This document shows positions 37,314 to 51,207 of a stretch of 64,000 nucleotides of DNA, in pieces. Numbering within the stretch: the stretch's first letter is position 1; each line of letters opens with the position of its first letter. The stretch is taken from contig OZ287752.1 of assembly GCA_965649765.1 (NCBI GenBank), positions 77,562,001 through 77,626,000 on the forward strand, written 5' to 3'. The translations under genes and the position numbers were made by a program. The notes beneath the pieces are model-generated. The model was not told the origin of the DNA and did no database searches. It saw only the letters and a program-made list of their open reading frames with translations. The DNA comes from Bispira polyomma (Eukaryota).

Positions 37314-38696
37314 ACTTACCTTCAAACTCTCCTAAACGTCCAAGGACGATACACTCAAACTTAAAGGCCCACCTTATTTAAACGTGTGTCCGTGATCCTT
37401 CCTTGCGGGTGGTTATGCCACATATGTAGCATTATGCGATGAATGCATCTCCCCCCCCTCACCTCTCAAAACTCCCCATCCTTGGACGTAGCTGAGGCGA
37501 GTTCGAAACGAAACTGTGACACCCGTGCCACAGAAATGAAATATGTCTTCTCTAACACCCAATAATCGGAAATGAAAACATTACAATATGACAATAATAA
37601 ACACCCACTAACACATCACTAAGCACAACAAACGTTCTCTAACAGCTAGTAATTGCAACTAGCGCGAAATGAGCTACTGACAAGAAATGAACCCAAACTT
37701 ATCAAGACGTATATTTCTCCGCCCCTCCCCCCATAAAATTGCTTAAACTTTTGAACAGTTCAAAACTTTTCTGACAGTGAGACTAATAATACTCACTGAT
37801 ATCAACAAAGACTTCCGACAAACTTGAAACTAAGTTGAAACCTACTGTCACAGATCGCTATGAAGATGTCTGTAGTGCATTCGTGACATGCATCCGTGTA
37901 AATAAGAAAACTTAGGCGATTGACGCTTTTGAGATTGCGAATTTTGAACTCGGCTATTTGATGAGAGTTAGGGCCTGTATTGTTTCCTATATATATCAAA
38001 ATTTTAAGCTTAGTGGATCTTTGGTTAAACTAATGAAAACTGTTGATTGGGGGGGGTTTCAAGTCAACAGTTTTAAGTTAAGTCAAGATCTGAGTCAGCA
38101 CTTGTCTGATAATGAAGTCACATGCCTATCACGTTACGCTACTGAGACACAGTTGTGATATATATTGACCACCACATGAATATGACGAAGGTGAAGTCTT
38201 TCGAAATTCTTTTGATGTGGGTTTTTGCTCCGCTTGTCCAATAAACAATTTACATTGCAAACGATGTTTTACCCATTTTCTTTTCAAAATCTATTCAGAG
38301 AAAATGTTTTGTCAGTTAAAGGAAAAAAAAAAAACACACTAAAGACCAGCACCTCAAGTAAATGTGCCAGATACTGTTTTTTAGCAGTAGAGCATTTGAA
38401 CTTCTTACACTGGAAATTAGGTTAGCTATAAAACTTGCCATCCTTCCATTGGTGTAATGACCTTTATTCTGGGGGTAATCTTTAGTTCTGAAACTTCAAA
38501 GACAAACTGCACACATATAAAAACAGAAAGGAGAAAAAAAAGACAGTTTTTGGTTGGTTTTATAGATGTAAATTTTTTTTCATACTTAGTAGAAACAGTA
38601 TTTAATTTGGTTGACTCAAAGAAAGGTACTGTTAATGTTTATTGACTGAACAAGCACAGACAGCCATCATCAATAAAAAACATTCCTCTAATGTAG

Positions 38697-39238
38697 CGTT
38701 CACACTGTTGCGTATTATAGCGCCATTTACTACTGATCTCAAGATTTTTTGTGAACTGGAGTAAAGTCTAAAATCTGGGCATCATCTGGTGAGATCAGCA
38801 AAAACGTCAGGCAGAGGCGGAAATTTCAAAACTTCCGTGAGCTGGCCAGCTCTAAAAGCACATCTGGAGAGAACGGGAAACATGGGGTGTGGTCGGGGCA
38901 TAAACAGGGCATAAACTGCTCAGAACTTGTGTGAACTGGACAGGACTGGTGTAATCTGGATCTAACATTGTATAAATGTGTGATGAACTGCGTAGATCTG
39001 GTATGATCCCGGCATAACATGATCATAAACTTGTGACATCAGGTAAAAACTGAGCATATCCTAGGCATAAAATGGGCTTAAACAGGGCATATTGTGGATA
39101 TAAACTGGGCATATCCAATGCATGATCTGGTAAATGATGTGCAACTGAGCATTGTTAACCATTCTCTCCCGATCAGCCAAGTTCTAATGATCCGGAGTAA
39201 ACTGGTATAAACATGCCAAGATCTTGATAGTGCGAATA
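38697..39238. mobile_element. Probable degenerate MITE (repeated aactgg/ataaac motifs)
   Basis: Begins gcgttcacact, ends agtgcgaat; repetitive internal motifs; TIR match is weak. Confidence 0.4.
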
Positions 39239-39324
39239 AGACAAATGCTTGCGGATAATTATTTATTCAGATCTCATATTCATACTCATTGCCTAATTTC
39301 CTAGACCACTCCAGTATAACCAAC

Positions 39325-39700
39325 CAGCGACCAGTGACTGTCACTCCCCTCTAACTGAAGACTGAGGTATGAGAATAACAATTAATCAACGGCCTTAATG
39401 TTTGTTTGCTATTACAAGAGGTAGGATCCAGCAACAGAGGACTGCAATTTTAAGTGATTAGCTAAGCGAATATATACCCGCTCATACATGTTTGTTTGAC
39501 CAAGCTGAATCCCTATGGCAATGTTGTTGACTACCAAAGTACAGCTAACCAGCACTAGTAACTGTCACTTCCCCTAACTGAAGACCGAGGCTTGAGGATA
39601 ACCGTAGAAGTGGTTATCCAAGCCACTATGTATCCGCATCTACCTGCTCGCTTCAGGCTTAATCCGTGGGTCAATGTTCTTTATCCTGTCACTAGAGAAT
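39325..39700 (-). mobile_element. Two adjacent SINE family C 3' fragments
   Basis: actgtcact.cccct..aactgaagac.gagg occurs at ~39337 and ~39561 and again at ~63774. Confidence 0.6.
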
Positions 39701-40566
39701 TATGATGCAATAATGGATGATCTCCATTTTAAGGGGTCATCCAATCCAGGATGTATCTCCCTGTTGCTGGTTTAGAACCCAGATCATCTGCTTTCTTAAT
39801 AGAGTGTATTATCCAAAATATTATACCAGAGTTTTAGTTTTATTTATATATTGAATGCACCACAATGACAAATATGTTGTCTAAGCAGTGCTCTTCTTTG
39901 TACGTTTTCAGAATGAAATTTGTTGTCAAGTTAGATATTTTAACTATAATCGGTTGAGTAGCTTTTTGTATAATCTTGGTGACAAACAAACAAACAAAGA
40001 AACATACATAGGCAAAAACATTAGCTCCTTGGAAGAGGTAAATACAGATTAAACCAAGACAATCGCAGTGTGGATTTATGTTTCAAGATACAAGTATTTT
40101 ATATTTGACACACTTTTTAGGTCTAGATTTGTTTTTTCTCAGTTATCTTTCAAACAGCACAGATTGAGTTCACAAGCTGTGAATAGCATGAAAAATCAAG
40201 AGACACTGAATGTTGGAGGGATTTTGTTCTCGTTTGCGTTTTTTCATCAATTCTTTCTGGTGAAAAAACCTGATAAAACACTAAACTGATCTGATGATTT
40301 TTTGTGTTCGTAATTAAGACATTCAACACAATTACCACATCATTCAAACTTCAAAAATGAACTCATTCTAAAAAATGTTTTTCAAAAAACTTTTCAATCT
40401 TTTATTGTAAACTATTTTTCTATTTCAAAGAGAACCATGTCCTTGATTTTGGCCAAGTTTTTCATCAGAAGACAGGACAGTTGTCTGTGAACAGTCTCTT
40501 GTTTTATATATATATACATATAGACAGCCATCGGTGCTTGGTTATGTACTTGAAAAGTCAAGTAAT

Positions 40567-40764
40567 NNNNNNNNNNNNNNNNNNNNNNNNNNNNNNNNNN
40601 NNNNNNNNNNNNNNNNNNNNNNNNNNNNNNNNNNNNNNNNNNNNNNNNNNNNNNNNNNNNNNNNNNNNNNNNNNNNNNNNNNNNNNNNNNNNNNNNNNNN
40701 NNNNNNNNNNNNNNNNNNNNNNNNNNNNNNNNNNNNNNNNNNNNNNNNNNNNNNNNNNNNNNNN
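40567..40764. other. Assembly gap (198 N)
   Basis: Run of N. Confidence 1.
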
Positions 40765-41044
40765 TTGTGTTTATCTGTAAATGTTAGGAATTCTTGCGCA
40801 GGAGGCAAAATGCACATGTAAACAAAACATACACATTGGTGTAAGGCACTGGGCTATTTGGAGCAAAGGTACAGATATTGTCTTAAACCTAATATATGGT
40901 TTTATTTGCAATGGCAAAGCTATTATTTTACACTGAATGGTTTTGGTTCAAGACACAAAAAGCCTATTGTTTTAAACCCACTGGTATGCTATCATACCCA
41001 TCCAATGTTTGTCCTAACATCCTGTAGGTTTTACTGTTTTGGAC

Positions 41045-41205
41045 TTCTCCAAGGAGGTTGTGTTTTTTGTCCATTGTTTGGTTGGTTTGTAACTAGGATT
41101 ACACAAAATTTACTGAACCAGTGGCTAGAAATTTGCTGCAGAAATGTGGCATGGGAGGAGGAAGAATCCATTTTAAGTATTGGCTTCGGGTGTAAAGGAA
41201 TAATA
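41045..41205 (+). mobile_element. Helentron/DINE-1-like non-autonomous repeat fragment (related pieces at ~2100-2250, 16895-17020, 39955-40042, 46165-46283, 52355-52440, 53085-53203, 59215-59345)
   Basis: Shared ctcc.aaggaggt..tgttttt start, (GTTT)n-like tract, ggattacacaaaa, and ggatccg...gatccag segment; superfamily assignment is from recalled resemblance only. Confidence 0.55.
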
Positions 41206-41259
41206 TCCAAGACTTTTGTTCACCTGTTTGGCCTCGTTGGAGTTTTTGCTTAACTATAA

Positions 41260-41642
41260 AGTATTCATCCGCCAATGACGGTTTATTAGACTGATGTATA
41301 GCTGATTGGCGACAGAGTGGCATTCTATAAGCAAAACATTGTAAATCGAAATTGGCATATATAGAGACAGAATCTGGTTCAAGTAAAAACATAACCTCAT
41401 TCCTTATATATGATATAGTAGCAGGTTTTGTGTTATTTCATGCCAACATGGTACATATAAATGAACAATAAATAAAAACTAAAATCACATACATTAGCGC
41501 AACTCTCTCTGCCATTTTACATCACACTAAATTCACAATGTTTTGCTAATGCTAGCCGTTCTGTCCCTTTTTTTGTGATTCAGCCGTCACAACATAACAG
41601 CAAGAAATCTGGCTAAATATGGAAAGATTATTCGGTCTAATG
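41260..41642. repeat. Second copy of the 35830-36202 dispersed repeat
   Basis: Co-linear match to 35830-36202, same orientation. Confidence 0.85.
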
Positions 41643-44629
41643 CTTTACCTAAGTGACCTAAGCTATTTGTGTATTTACATACACGTTGGGATACAACACT
41701 TTAGTAATGCTATATAGACAGGTACGTACCACTGTTACAACAGCATGGGCTTGATTTTGAAGCTAAGCACTCAAAAGATAAATTGAAGAAGTACATGTAC
41801 TTAGGTCGTTATGGAAAATCAAGTTTGTTTCAGCTCTGGAAGTGGGTTTCATTCCAAAAAACTACGGTCAAATTACATGAACCTAAATATGCAAGCTTGC
41901 AAAGCCTATATTGGAGTTGGACTTAATCTTTTTAGTTATCTGCTTAACATGACATTTAAGACCAGGTCCTTTTTTTCCCCTTCATGATAACCATCTCTTT
42001 AAAGTCTGTGCATCCATTCAGAATTGAGGTCAATTTAATTATTTACAAAGGCCTTGTAAGCTGACAACTTGTGTTATCACCAATTCACCCCCAATCCCCC
42101 CCCCCACCCCCCACCCCCTTTCCCCCAATTTGGGCCCCACAATCTTCTGACATCCCTCCGTAGCTCCCTCCCCAACCAGAATCTCTCCTTTTCTGACACA
42201 CTTAAAAGAATAACACTCGATGCCTCACACCCGGAAAACACAGAAAAACTCTTAATTCTGTCAATTTTAATCATGTGATTTATCTTAAGAAGAGGCAGTC
42301 CTGCCCAGCCCCCAAAGCCAGCCACATGAGCAAGTCTGTCCTTCGAATACTGAGAGGAAGTTACCTTGCTGGTGAAATAATTAGTGGTCCAAACAACACT
42401 GCCTTTTAAAAAATGTACCAATGCAGTGTTTTTGGTGACTTTGAATTTGCTAATACTACAAAATAAATAGTGTTTCCTTACAATGCGAGGATGACAACAA
42501 ATATTGCCCCAAAATGTTGCCTTCTAAAGATATGTAAAGTAGTAATGTAAAATTAAATGCCAGTGAAACAATGTAAACCATGTGGCATACATATAAGGCC
42601 TTCTTGTGAAAATGAACATTGTGTTAAACAAAATTGTTGTTGTTTTTCAACTTTATCTGGCTTTTAAAGCATTATTTAACCATTACTTGACTTTTCAAGT
42701 ACATAACCAAGCACCGATGACTGTCTTTTCCAGACAGTTGCTTGAGGTTGGCCATATATCAACATGCCCAAGGTTTTTTAGCCCAGTCACCAGGGATAGG
42801 ACCCAATGGCAGAGGACTGCTATTTTAAGTGGTCCTCCAAACCATAATATGTCTGTCTCCACTTGGGCCCCAACCCAGCTCTACTATCTTCTTAAGCAAA
42901 TGTGGCTGCGGTGGCAGATAATCATAACCTGAGTTGTCTGTTAGTAAAGAAATAGGCACACAGTGTAAAATATGGCCACTATATACTTATGCACCTGATA
43001 ACAATAAATTTGATACCCATCAGTTTGGATGACTCGATCGCTTTTAATCAATCCATGAAGACCTGGTATATCTTTTCTAAGATGGCAGTACATGTTCAGA
43101 AACTCACCAATTATCTTATTTGGTCCCCCGATCACCCGGATTACGACCCTGATTGTCCAGATCAATCCTGGATCATCATGATTACTCGGGATAGCTTCAG
43201 GTTTACGGCCAGGGTGCCTAAAATTGGGGCTGCTCCAGATCTATCCTGATAGTGGAACAGGGGTTAGCAATTTCAACCCCTTCTACTCACTTATACTCTG
43301 GTCATATATACCACGTATTTACATGGACAAGTAAAACTAGCCACATCTGTCTTCTAAAGTTCCACCACCTCGTAAAAGTTTGTGCATTCGACCCACAAGT
43401 AAAGCAACAGACAGAGTTCCACTTCCGGTTGCAAGTCATGCTTATTAGGTACAAAGTACTCACAGCATTAGAAGTACCTAGTTCCGGACAGTAAACACAC
43501 AAGGAGTAAACTGTTTAATTGCGTCTGGCAATTGTGTGTTGATATGTTTGGACGCCTACGGCGGTGACGTGCACCATACACATGTTAACACTCCTAAAAC
43601 CCCAGTCTAAGGTCATAAGGTTAGTGTGATTACCGTTGTAATATAGAAGTAGAGGCAGGACCACGTGTTTGTGTGTGTGTTGGGGGATTCCTTGTGGGTG
43701 GCTCTTTGTAAAATCCTTAATTATCGACCACTGCATGAGTGTTTAACTGTGTACAGTTACATATCTGTAATAATGGGGGGAAAAATTGACCAGGATCACT
43801 CATGTGGTCACAATGGTGGGAGAGTTTAGAAGTCATTTATTCTGGCTGACAATGAAGGGGTTACTAGAAATTTTAGCTAATGTTATGGGTATAATGGAAA
43901 TTAATGCCAAGTGATAATTTGAACTTGTATTGGTGTTGCCACTGCACATTAATTCAAGTAAAATTCTCAAAAAAGGTAAATCGGTAAAGCTTACTTGCAA
44001 CTAAAATTTACATTCAGAGCTATCAACATCAACCAAATAATAATAATACTTGTTGTAATAACATTTCCCCATAACCAGGCTTGTTTTCATGATGACTATT
44101 GTTATAAATAATGTTCTGAATATCATCAACCACAAGCCTGTTTAATTTACGCCAAAGTGGTCACATAATGGGGAAACATCGAGCCAGGTATTTTAACTGA
44201 ATGCACTTACCTCACAGATAGTGTTTGGACTTGTGGTAATAAACAATATAGTTCCAATAGAATCAATATCTATATCTGGTAACCTGTACAAAGTTGGCAT
44301 AACACAGTGGACTGAAAACTTACACACTGAGCTGTAAAGTTCACTTGGTGCAGAATAGGTCCATTAACTGCTTTTGTGATATTGTCTTATGTAGTCATGA
44401 CAAAGTTATATTTTTCACATATGTGTATTGTAGTGATACTTATGATACTTTAAAATGTAATAACTAACATAAACACCTATACAATGAGCCATTAAGAAAT
44501 AAATGTGGTCAATATGCACAAAAATACATGGGTTTAAATGATAAATTTAGGGAAATTAGGTCCATTAATTGATTGTTACTTCCATGTACTTTTCGTGAAA
44601 TAGTCAGTTACCCCTAAAACACAAGTTAA

Positions 44630-45216
44630 ATGGTGGTTCCACTATGTCGATTTGGTCCCCGACCTTCCCGATTTTGAGGTTCAGGGCGTGTCCGGGGGTG
44701 AAAATGGGGTGGTCGCAGTGGTCAGGAAGGATATCTAACATGTTTCATATTGTCTTAAAGTACCCCCGAATTACCTCCCCACACTCTAAAATCGGGAAGG
44801 TGGCTTTGGTGAATATGTTCGATCTGATTGCTATTAAGTTCTGTCTGATAGGTCTTATCTCACTCCAGGCCTGTCCTAACACTGGCCCATTAAAACATAT
44901 AGGACGGACAGTCAAGAAGAATATAAGACCATTCTTTTTGATTATTTTACCATAACAGTCCCGACTTTGATTTTTAAACATTCGATCCTGATCCTATCGC
45001 CAGTAAGTTTGATCCTAACCTGGGTTAGGGAGGATGGGGCTGTTTTAGTACCGATTTCATGTTAGATCATGGTCGGTGTCCCGCCAAAAAGGGACACAAT
45101 CAGTTCGATTGGGAAGGTCGACCCACACTTTCATTTTCCCGCCATTTTTGCCACGACCACTCCGATCTCAAAATTGGCCCATTCTGCCGATCGAACTTGA
45201 ATGTAGAACCACCACT
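44630..45216. mobile_element. PIF/Harbinger-like MITE, same family as 27254-28110, opposite orientation
   Basis: TIR tggtggttccac / gtagaaccacca with TTAA flanks; reverse complement aligns to 27254-28110 except ~230 bp present only in that copy. Confidence 0.82.
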
Positions 45217-45439
45217 TTAAATATGTTTAGAAATAATAAAAAGTAAGTACTTTATGTATAGGAAACAAGAGTTGTGTGACTGACACCCCCTCAGTTTGGC
45301 CGGGTCAATTGCTTCCAAACCAATCCGTGAAGGCCTTACATATTATTTTCTCCAGCATTGCAGCTGGAGATATCAGACTACTCTTGACAATATTTCAGGA
45401 ACATTAATCCTTCTTTGTTGTGTATGTGTGTATATTGGG

Positions 45440-45665
45440 GTGTAGGCTATCAACGTCCATAAGAATTGTTTAGCCTGTCCCTGGGAATAGAACCTAGTGA
45501 CAGAGGACCGCCATTTGAAGTGGTCATCCGAGCCACTAGGCAAACGTGTGTACACATCTTGTCCAAGGATGTTATCCCACCAATGAAACTAACAGCCCGT
45601 CCTAGGAATAGAACCCAGGACCTTCTGATCATCAGACCATCTCCCTAATTACTACACTATAGGGA
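45440..45665 (-). mobile_element. SINE family C
   Basis: Reverse complement tagtgtagtaattagggagatggtctgatgatcagaaggtcctgggttcta...gggataacatccttggacaagatgtg. Confidence 0.75.
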
Positions 45666-46324
45666 AACCACAGGATTCTACGAGAGATACTTGCAATTGG
45701 ATGTTCATGAAACTATACATCTCCCCCAGGAATTCTAAGTGGGAAAAAAATGAATAAATGTGAAAAGAATTCACCCTCCACCCATTTCATTTAATCTCCA
45801 TCATGTCCGAGGTAAAGTCCTTTTTATGGCCCCGTATTATTACAAAGACTACTCCACCCGTGTTTTAGTGTTTGCCATTATTACAGAGAGGTGGGGCACA
45901 CACTAAAATTGATGCGTGCTGTGAGCAAATAGGTGTCTTGAAGATGGGGGGGGGGGAGTGGTGGGGTGGTTGTATTAAAGGTAGAGGCTGACACTAATAG
46001 AGGGACACCTACTAGCCTGGACAAGGCTTTAACTTATTTTAAATTACTACGGCTTAGAAGACAACATGCACTGGCTTAGGAACAGTCACAACACAGTGAA
46101 AATTCTGGATCAGCCCTTTTTCGACTCATATCTTCAAAATATCGTGTATTCTTTCTTGGACTTTATTGGTCCATACCCTCAACTAGGTTTAACATAAATT
46201 GCTTCAGCAGTTTTGGTGTAATCCTGATGACAAACAAACCAAGCAACAACAGGCAAAAACAAAATCTCCTTGGTATCAGTAATAATTAAAAAAATGTGAT
46301 CACTCAATTCAATTAAATGGTTTC

Positions 46325-46570
46325 CCCTATTCTATGGAACCGCCTTTCAGTTGAACTTAGAATGCTTGAAACACTTTATCGATTTAGGAAAAAGCTCAAA
46401 ACCTATCTCTTCAGGCTCGCCTATCCTCCGTAGTCTTCTCCTTGGGCGCTGACTCATCCATCCTTATGACCTCGCTATTGTTTATCAATTTTTCTATTGG
46501 CTGATCGATTCTGGTCAGGAGATGCCTAGCAATAATAAGGCGCTTTAAAAATGTACAATACAATACAATT
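46325..46570 (+). pseudogene. L2-clade LINE extreme 3' end (duplicate at ~53245-53485)
   Basis: Reads PILWNRLSVELRMLETLYRFRKKLKTYLFRLAYPP*, then 3' UTR ending aaggcgctttaaaaatgtacaatacaatacaa. Confidence 0.85.
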
Positions 46571-46887
46571 GAACATTGGTAAATCTTTGCCTTACAACAT
46601 ATCTTATTTTTTAACCAAACTTGAGTCTCTGAAAGGCTGCCAGATACAAGACTTTTCTATGATATCTTTATGGTGACTGAGGTAAGGAGAAAAAGGTTAC
46701 AAGAGGACAAGTAGATGGGGGAGTATTGATATAAAGTTGTACTGGAAAATCTTCACATGAAAAGAGTGTCTGGATATTGTATCTTCTAAAGATTACTAGA
46801 AAATCATGAGATTAAAATCTGCTACACTGGCTTAGGAACACAAAAAGATATGGGTTTGATCCCAGCCAATGGGATACAGGCTAAGAC

Positions 46888-47142
46888 TTGAATTTGAATT
46901 TGGATATTTAACATCCACTCTAGTACCTGTTTTAGGTTATATTGGGACGGGTAGTTGGAAATGCTGGCGGAAACACTGCATACAGTTGATCAAGGTTCTG
47001 CACTGAAACCAGCAGCCCACAGTAAGGAACTATCACCTTTCCCACATAGGCATTGATGGGATTCAAACTCACGCCGCCAAGAGGTGAGAGACCAGTGATT
47101 GTGAAGCGCAATGCTTGCCAACCACTAGGCCACCGGGGCCCC
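46888..47142 (-). mobile_element. SINE family A, full length, copy-A-specific insertion
   Basis: TSD TACAGGCTA(A/G)GAC at 46875-46887 and 47143-47155; empty site at ~53805 in copy B; (CAAATT)n tail. Confidence 0.93.
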
Positions 47143-47711
47143 TACAGGCTAGGACATGGTGGCTCGGGTGAGCATTTAAAAAAAATATCATAGTCCTCTG
47201 ACATTGGGTCCTATCTTAGCATGCTGACAAAACCTTGGAGACATTGCTGAACAGTCGTCCTCAAGCCTCTCTATTGAGTTAGGTCAATGTCAGGTTACTG
47301 GTGATGGTGGTCTGTACTTAAGCAGTCCAAAAACGTTGATTGATTTTTAACACCAGATAAATGTACATAAATGCAATGAATATAAACTGGAATAATAATT
47401 TAAAAAACAAACATTTATAAAGCACCAAATTGATGAGAACATCCTTTAAGGGGCTGATATCCAAAAAAGGAAAGTAAACAGGTTTCTGTGCTGAAACCAG
47501 TTGGTCTCATGATCAGAAGTTCCTCAGTTCAATACCAGATGGGGAAGTTGGTCTGGTGAACAACAGATCCCCTATTCGATTCCAGCTAATGTCGCTAGAT
47601 TCATTAGTGGGATAACATCCTTGGGCAAGATGTGAACATGCCACAATTGCCTACTGATGACAACACAGTTAATAGTGTAGGACTATCCGTTTCAGAGAAG
47701 CAGCACCTCGT

Positions 47712-48055
47712 GGGGGGAATACACCTGGCCGATTTTGCTTCTGAATCGGTCATCCGATGTTTGTTTCCATCATCCGATGTCCAAATTTGCAGAGAGACTA
47801 CATCGGAAAAACTGGACGTTTTTTCTATTGCTGATTTTTTCGACTACTGGTGCTTTAATGTAAAGAATATTGCGTTGGTGTTAATTTACTTCATATTCTT
47901 GTCCGCCATTGGTCTTTCATAAAATGGTCCACAAATTTTGACATGCCACGGGCCAGGTGTATTGCACTTCTCTTTTTTTTTTTATTTTCTTGATGACTGC
48001 AACGGACTTCGGATGACGCATTTGGAAACAAAATCGGCCAGGTATATTTGCCCCT
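47712..48055. mobile_element. MITE with ~45-bp TIRs (duplicate at ~54372-54708)
   Basis: gggggaatacacctggccgattttgcttc...gtcatccga / tcggatgacgcatttggaaacaaaatcggccaggtatatttgcccc. Confidence 0.82.
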
Positions 48056-50091
48056 TTAGGGGATGATATATCAATATGGTGCTATGTAACAATAGTATAT
48101 TTGGTACTAATAGTCAATACATGTATGACAAAATCAACTTGACCAACAATAAACCTATGATGGTATGATATGATTGTAACTTGTAAGTTAGCAGAAGACT
48201 AGGTATTAGGTTTGCATAGGCAGAAATAGCTTTCAATATTGGCTGAGAAATGAATTCAGAATAAGGCTGGGTTAGTTTTAGGGTCACACTGTGCCAAGTA
48301 ATCCTAAGGAAAAAAAACACCCACCTTATTTAGCTATAGGTGCTTAAGTTCAAATTGTGGTCACCTCAATGAAAAATGAGGTTAAGGTAAGGTAACTAGA
48401 AGTTTAAGTCTAACTTCATTTTAAAGTGAACTCTTTTAAGTTACGACTACCTCAAAGTGAGCAGCCACTTAGCTAGAACTTATGGTTACCTTAAACTAAG
48501 GTCTGTTTAAGCTTAACTTAGCCCTTTCTCAGCTGTGTGTGTATATATATATATATATATATACATATATATAAATATATATATATAGTGTCTTAGTGTA
48601 GCAACAGTAGTAGCTAATATGGTTTAGTAGTTTTCACATTTGTTAATGTCGGGTACCCAAATGACTTGTGTTAAAATAAAATCTGTTATTAGAGAAATTT
48701 ATCTTTTTCTTACGTCGTCACTCTCTACGTGATTTGATCTAATGGACTGATTCAGGTTTATGACCACCATCTATTGCTTTGTTAGCCTATATGTGTCCAA
48801 GTCTAACCTGTACTAGTGTCCACTCTCAAAGAGAGACCACTCCTACTTAAGGATAACTTTGAATCCTCCAATGAGTTTTCCCATGCTAATGGGCTCTATA
48901 GAAAGACCACTCCTAAGTTGTGACCTGAGACCGCCTATATTATTCCTAACGACAAGATTTGACCTGGATAGGAAAGACTGCTTTACCATATTGCAGGCAA
49001 TATCACAAGTTTATAGCCTCAAAGCTAGCAGCTACTTACATGCTTCATTCTTTCTTAGCATTAAGCTCTCAGTTTATAAAACAGAAGAAGGGTATTAACT
49101 TACCATAACAGATAAATTTGTGATGAATTTGTGGTAGCCATTCATGTAAATGAGACCTAGCTAGTAAAGTGTTAGTTCAAACTTCTAACATAGATTTAGT
49201 CATACTACAAACAAAAAATTGTCCAGAAAGTCCTAGGCCTCTTTATATTGTAGAATCTGTGAACCGTTCCATGGACCCCACATGATCACCTATCTGTACT
49301 GCACTAAATGCTGTAAAAATATGTTTACAAGGCTATTGTTAAACCTCTAAACCTGAGAGCTCAAACTTAAGGCAAAACCACACCTATAGCCTTAAATAAA
49401 CCAGATATATTATACATGATTTAGAAATAATGGGACAAGATATACCCCCTTTTCTCTTTGTGATAGAAACAAAATTTCATTCAAGTATAGATGTAACCTT
49501 CATCTTAATGTACCATAAGTTCCATGTTTCTAGCTTTCCTATTCCTGCACATGGTCCCACCCACCCTTCTAGTGCCCCTGTCACACATTTAAGGTGAGGC
49601 CACTAAATCCAATTCTGTAAACTAACTTACTTCGACCAGGGCAATCGTTTGTGTTTCTCACCAATGTGGGTTTGAATCCCATATGTTCCTTCATGTGGTA
49701 AAGTTTGGCTGGTGCTTGCTATAGATTGGTGGTTTATACTTGCTTCAACAATGGTTTCTTCAACCATTAAATCTAGTGAAGCTGTTGAAATGACGCAAAA
49801 ACTCAAATTAACTCAAATTTGAATGTTATATTTTTGTGTAAATGTTTATATGTATATGTTACAAAAATATATAAATCAAAAAATTATTGTCACGTTTCAG
49901 CCCCTGGGTATACACTGATCATCCTTAGAAAACTAGAATTGACAATGACGCAATTTTATGAGGGGGGCTTTGGTTTGTCATGATGCTGCTGCATACTTGT
50001 TGCGCATTTCCAAGTTATGGCTAAGAATACACAAGTTTAAACAAACTTTATTTAGATTTTGCTACATATATAAAATGTATATATATATATA

Positions 50092-51207
50092 TGTCACAGG
50101 CCAAATTAAAATCCAGGCGGATTTTAAATCCGCCTTGGCGAGATTAAAATTTGCCTAGACCAAATTTAAATTTTGATTTCGCCTAGGCAGATTTTAAATC
50201 CGCCTAGGCGAGATTAAAATAGGGGGAATTAAAATTTCAGATTGAGGAAATTTTAATTATTTCATTTATATATGCAGTAAAAGTATGGATAACAGCCTTA
50301 AAATTGTACTTGTTTTATTTCTTTATAAAGCACTTTGCAATAATGGTTTAAAACATTAATTCAGACACTATCAAGTCCTACCAATTCATTCCTAAGAACA
50401 TATAAAAGAGCAGTGTACCAAGAAAGTCTTTGGGGATTACCACTATGGAGTTTTTAAAAAGGCAAGAATGATTATATACTTAACCCTTTATGAGGCATGT
50501 GATTGTTCACTACAAACATTAATTGCAATTACAGTGTTTTGCATTCTATCAGGGCAGTGAAGAAATCAGGGAAAGTACTGCGACAAAGACAATTGCTAAA
50601 CCAAATAATGACAATTAACACTAGGTGGTCAAATAGGTAAGACAAATAATAGACAAAGAATAGACACACTTTAAATGTTATTATTTTAATTATTTCAATA
50701 ATCCTTATGTGTTGTATACCTCAGTACTTTACCAATAAATACAATTCCAAACCTTTTGACCCCTATGTACTACCCCCAATAACATAATACTACACTGATA
50801 ATACACTAATGATACATAAATACATATTAAGCTAGTAAAAACATTGGATTTTAATATAGTGTAGGGTAAACAAAACAAAAAAGTATTAGTGTGGTCAAGT
50901 TTAAATTTTACCCAGGCATACAGCATTTTAATTAATGCAGTTACTATAACATTTCATGTATGAATTAATTCTTTGAACCATGAATGGAAAGTGCTTTAAA
51001 AAGAAAACAAAAGTTTAATTTTGAGGTTGTTTGTTATCCATACTTTTATTTCATACATAAATGAAATATTTAAAATTTGCCTCAATCTTAAATATTAATT
51101 CTCCTTATCAAAATTTTAATTTGGTCTAGGCAGATTTTAAATCCGCCTAGGTGAGATTAAAATTATGATTTCGCCTAGGCGCCTGGATTTTAATTTGGCC
51201 TGTGACA
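50092..51207. mobile_element. Long-TIR non-autonomous DNA transposon inserted in a (TA)n microsatellite, copy-A-specific
   Basis: Perfect 28-bp termini tgtcacaggccaaattaaaatccaggcg / cgcctggattttaatttggcctgtgaca; imperfect inversion continues for roughly 280 bp; copy B has an uninterrupted (TA)n at ~57460-57476. Confidence 0.92.

Noticed and set aside
40481-40821. Three ORFs across the N run
   Set aside because: Artefacts of the assembly gap.
43250-43760. Possible solo LTR
   Set aside because: No clear TG...CA ends, TSD or second copy in the window.
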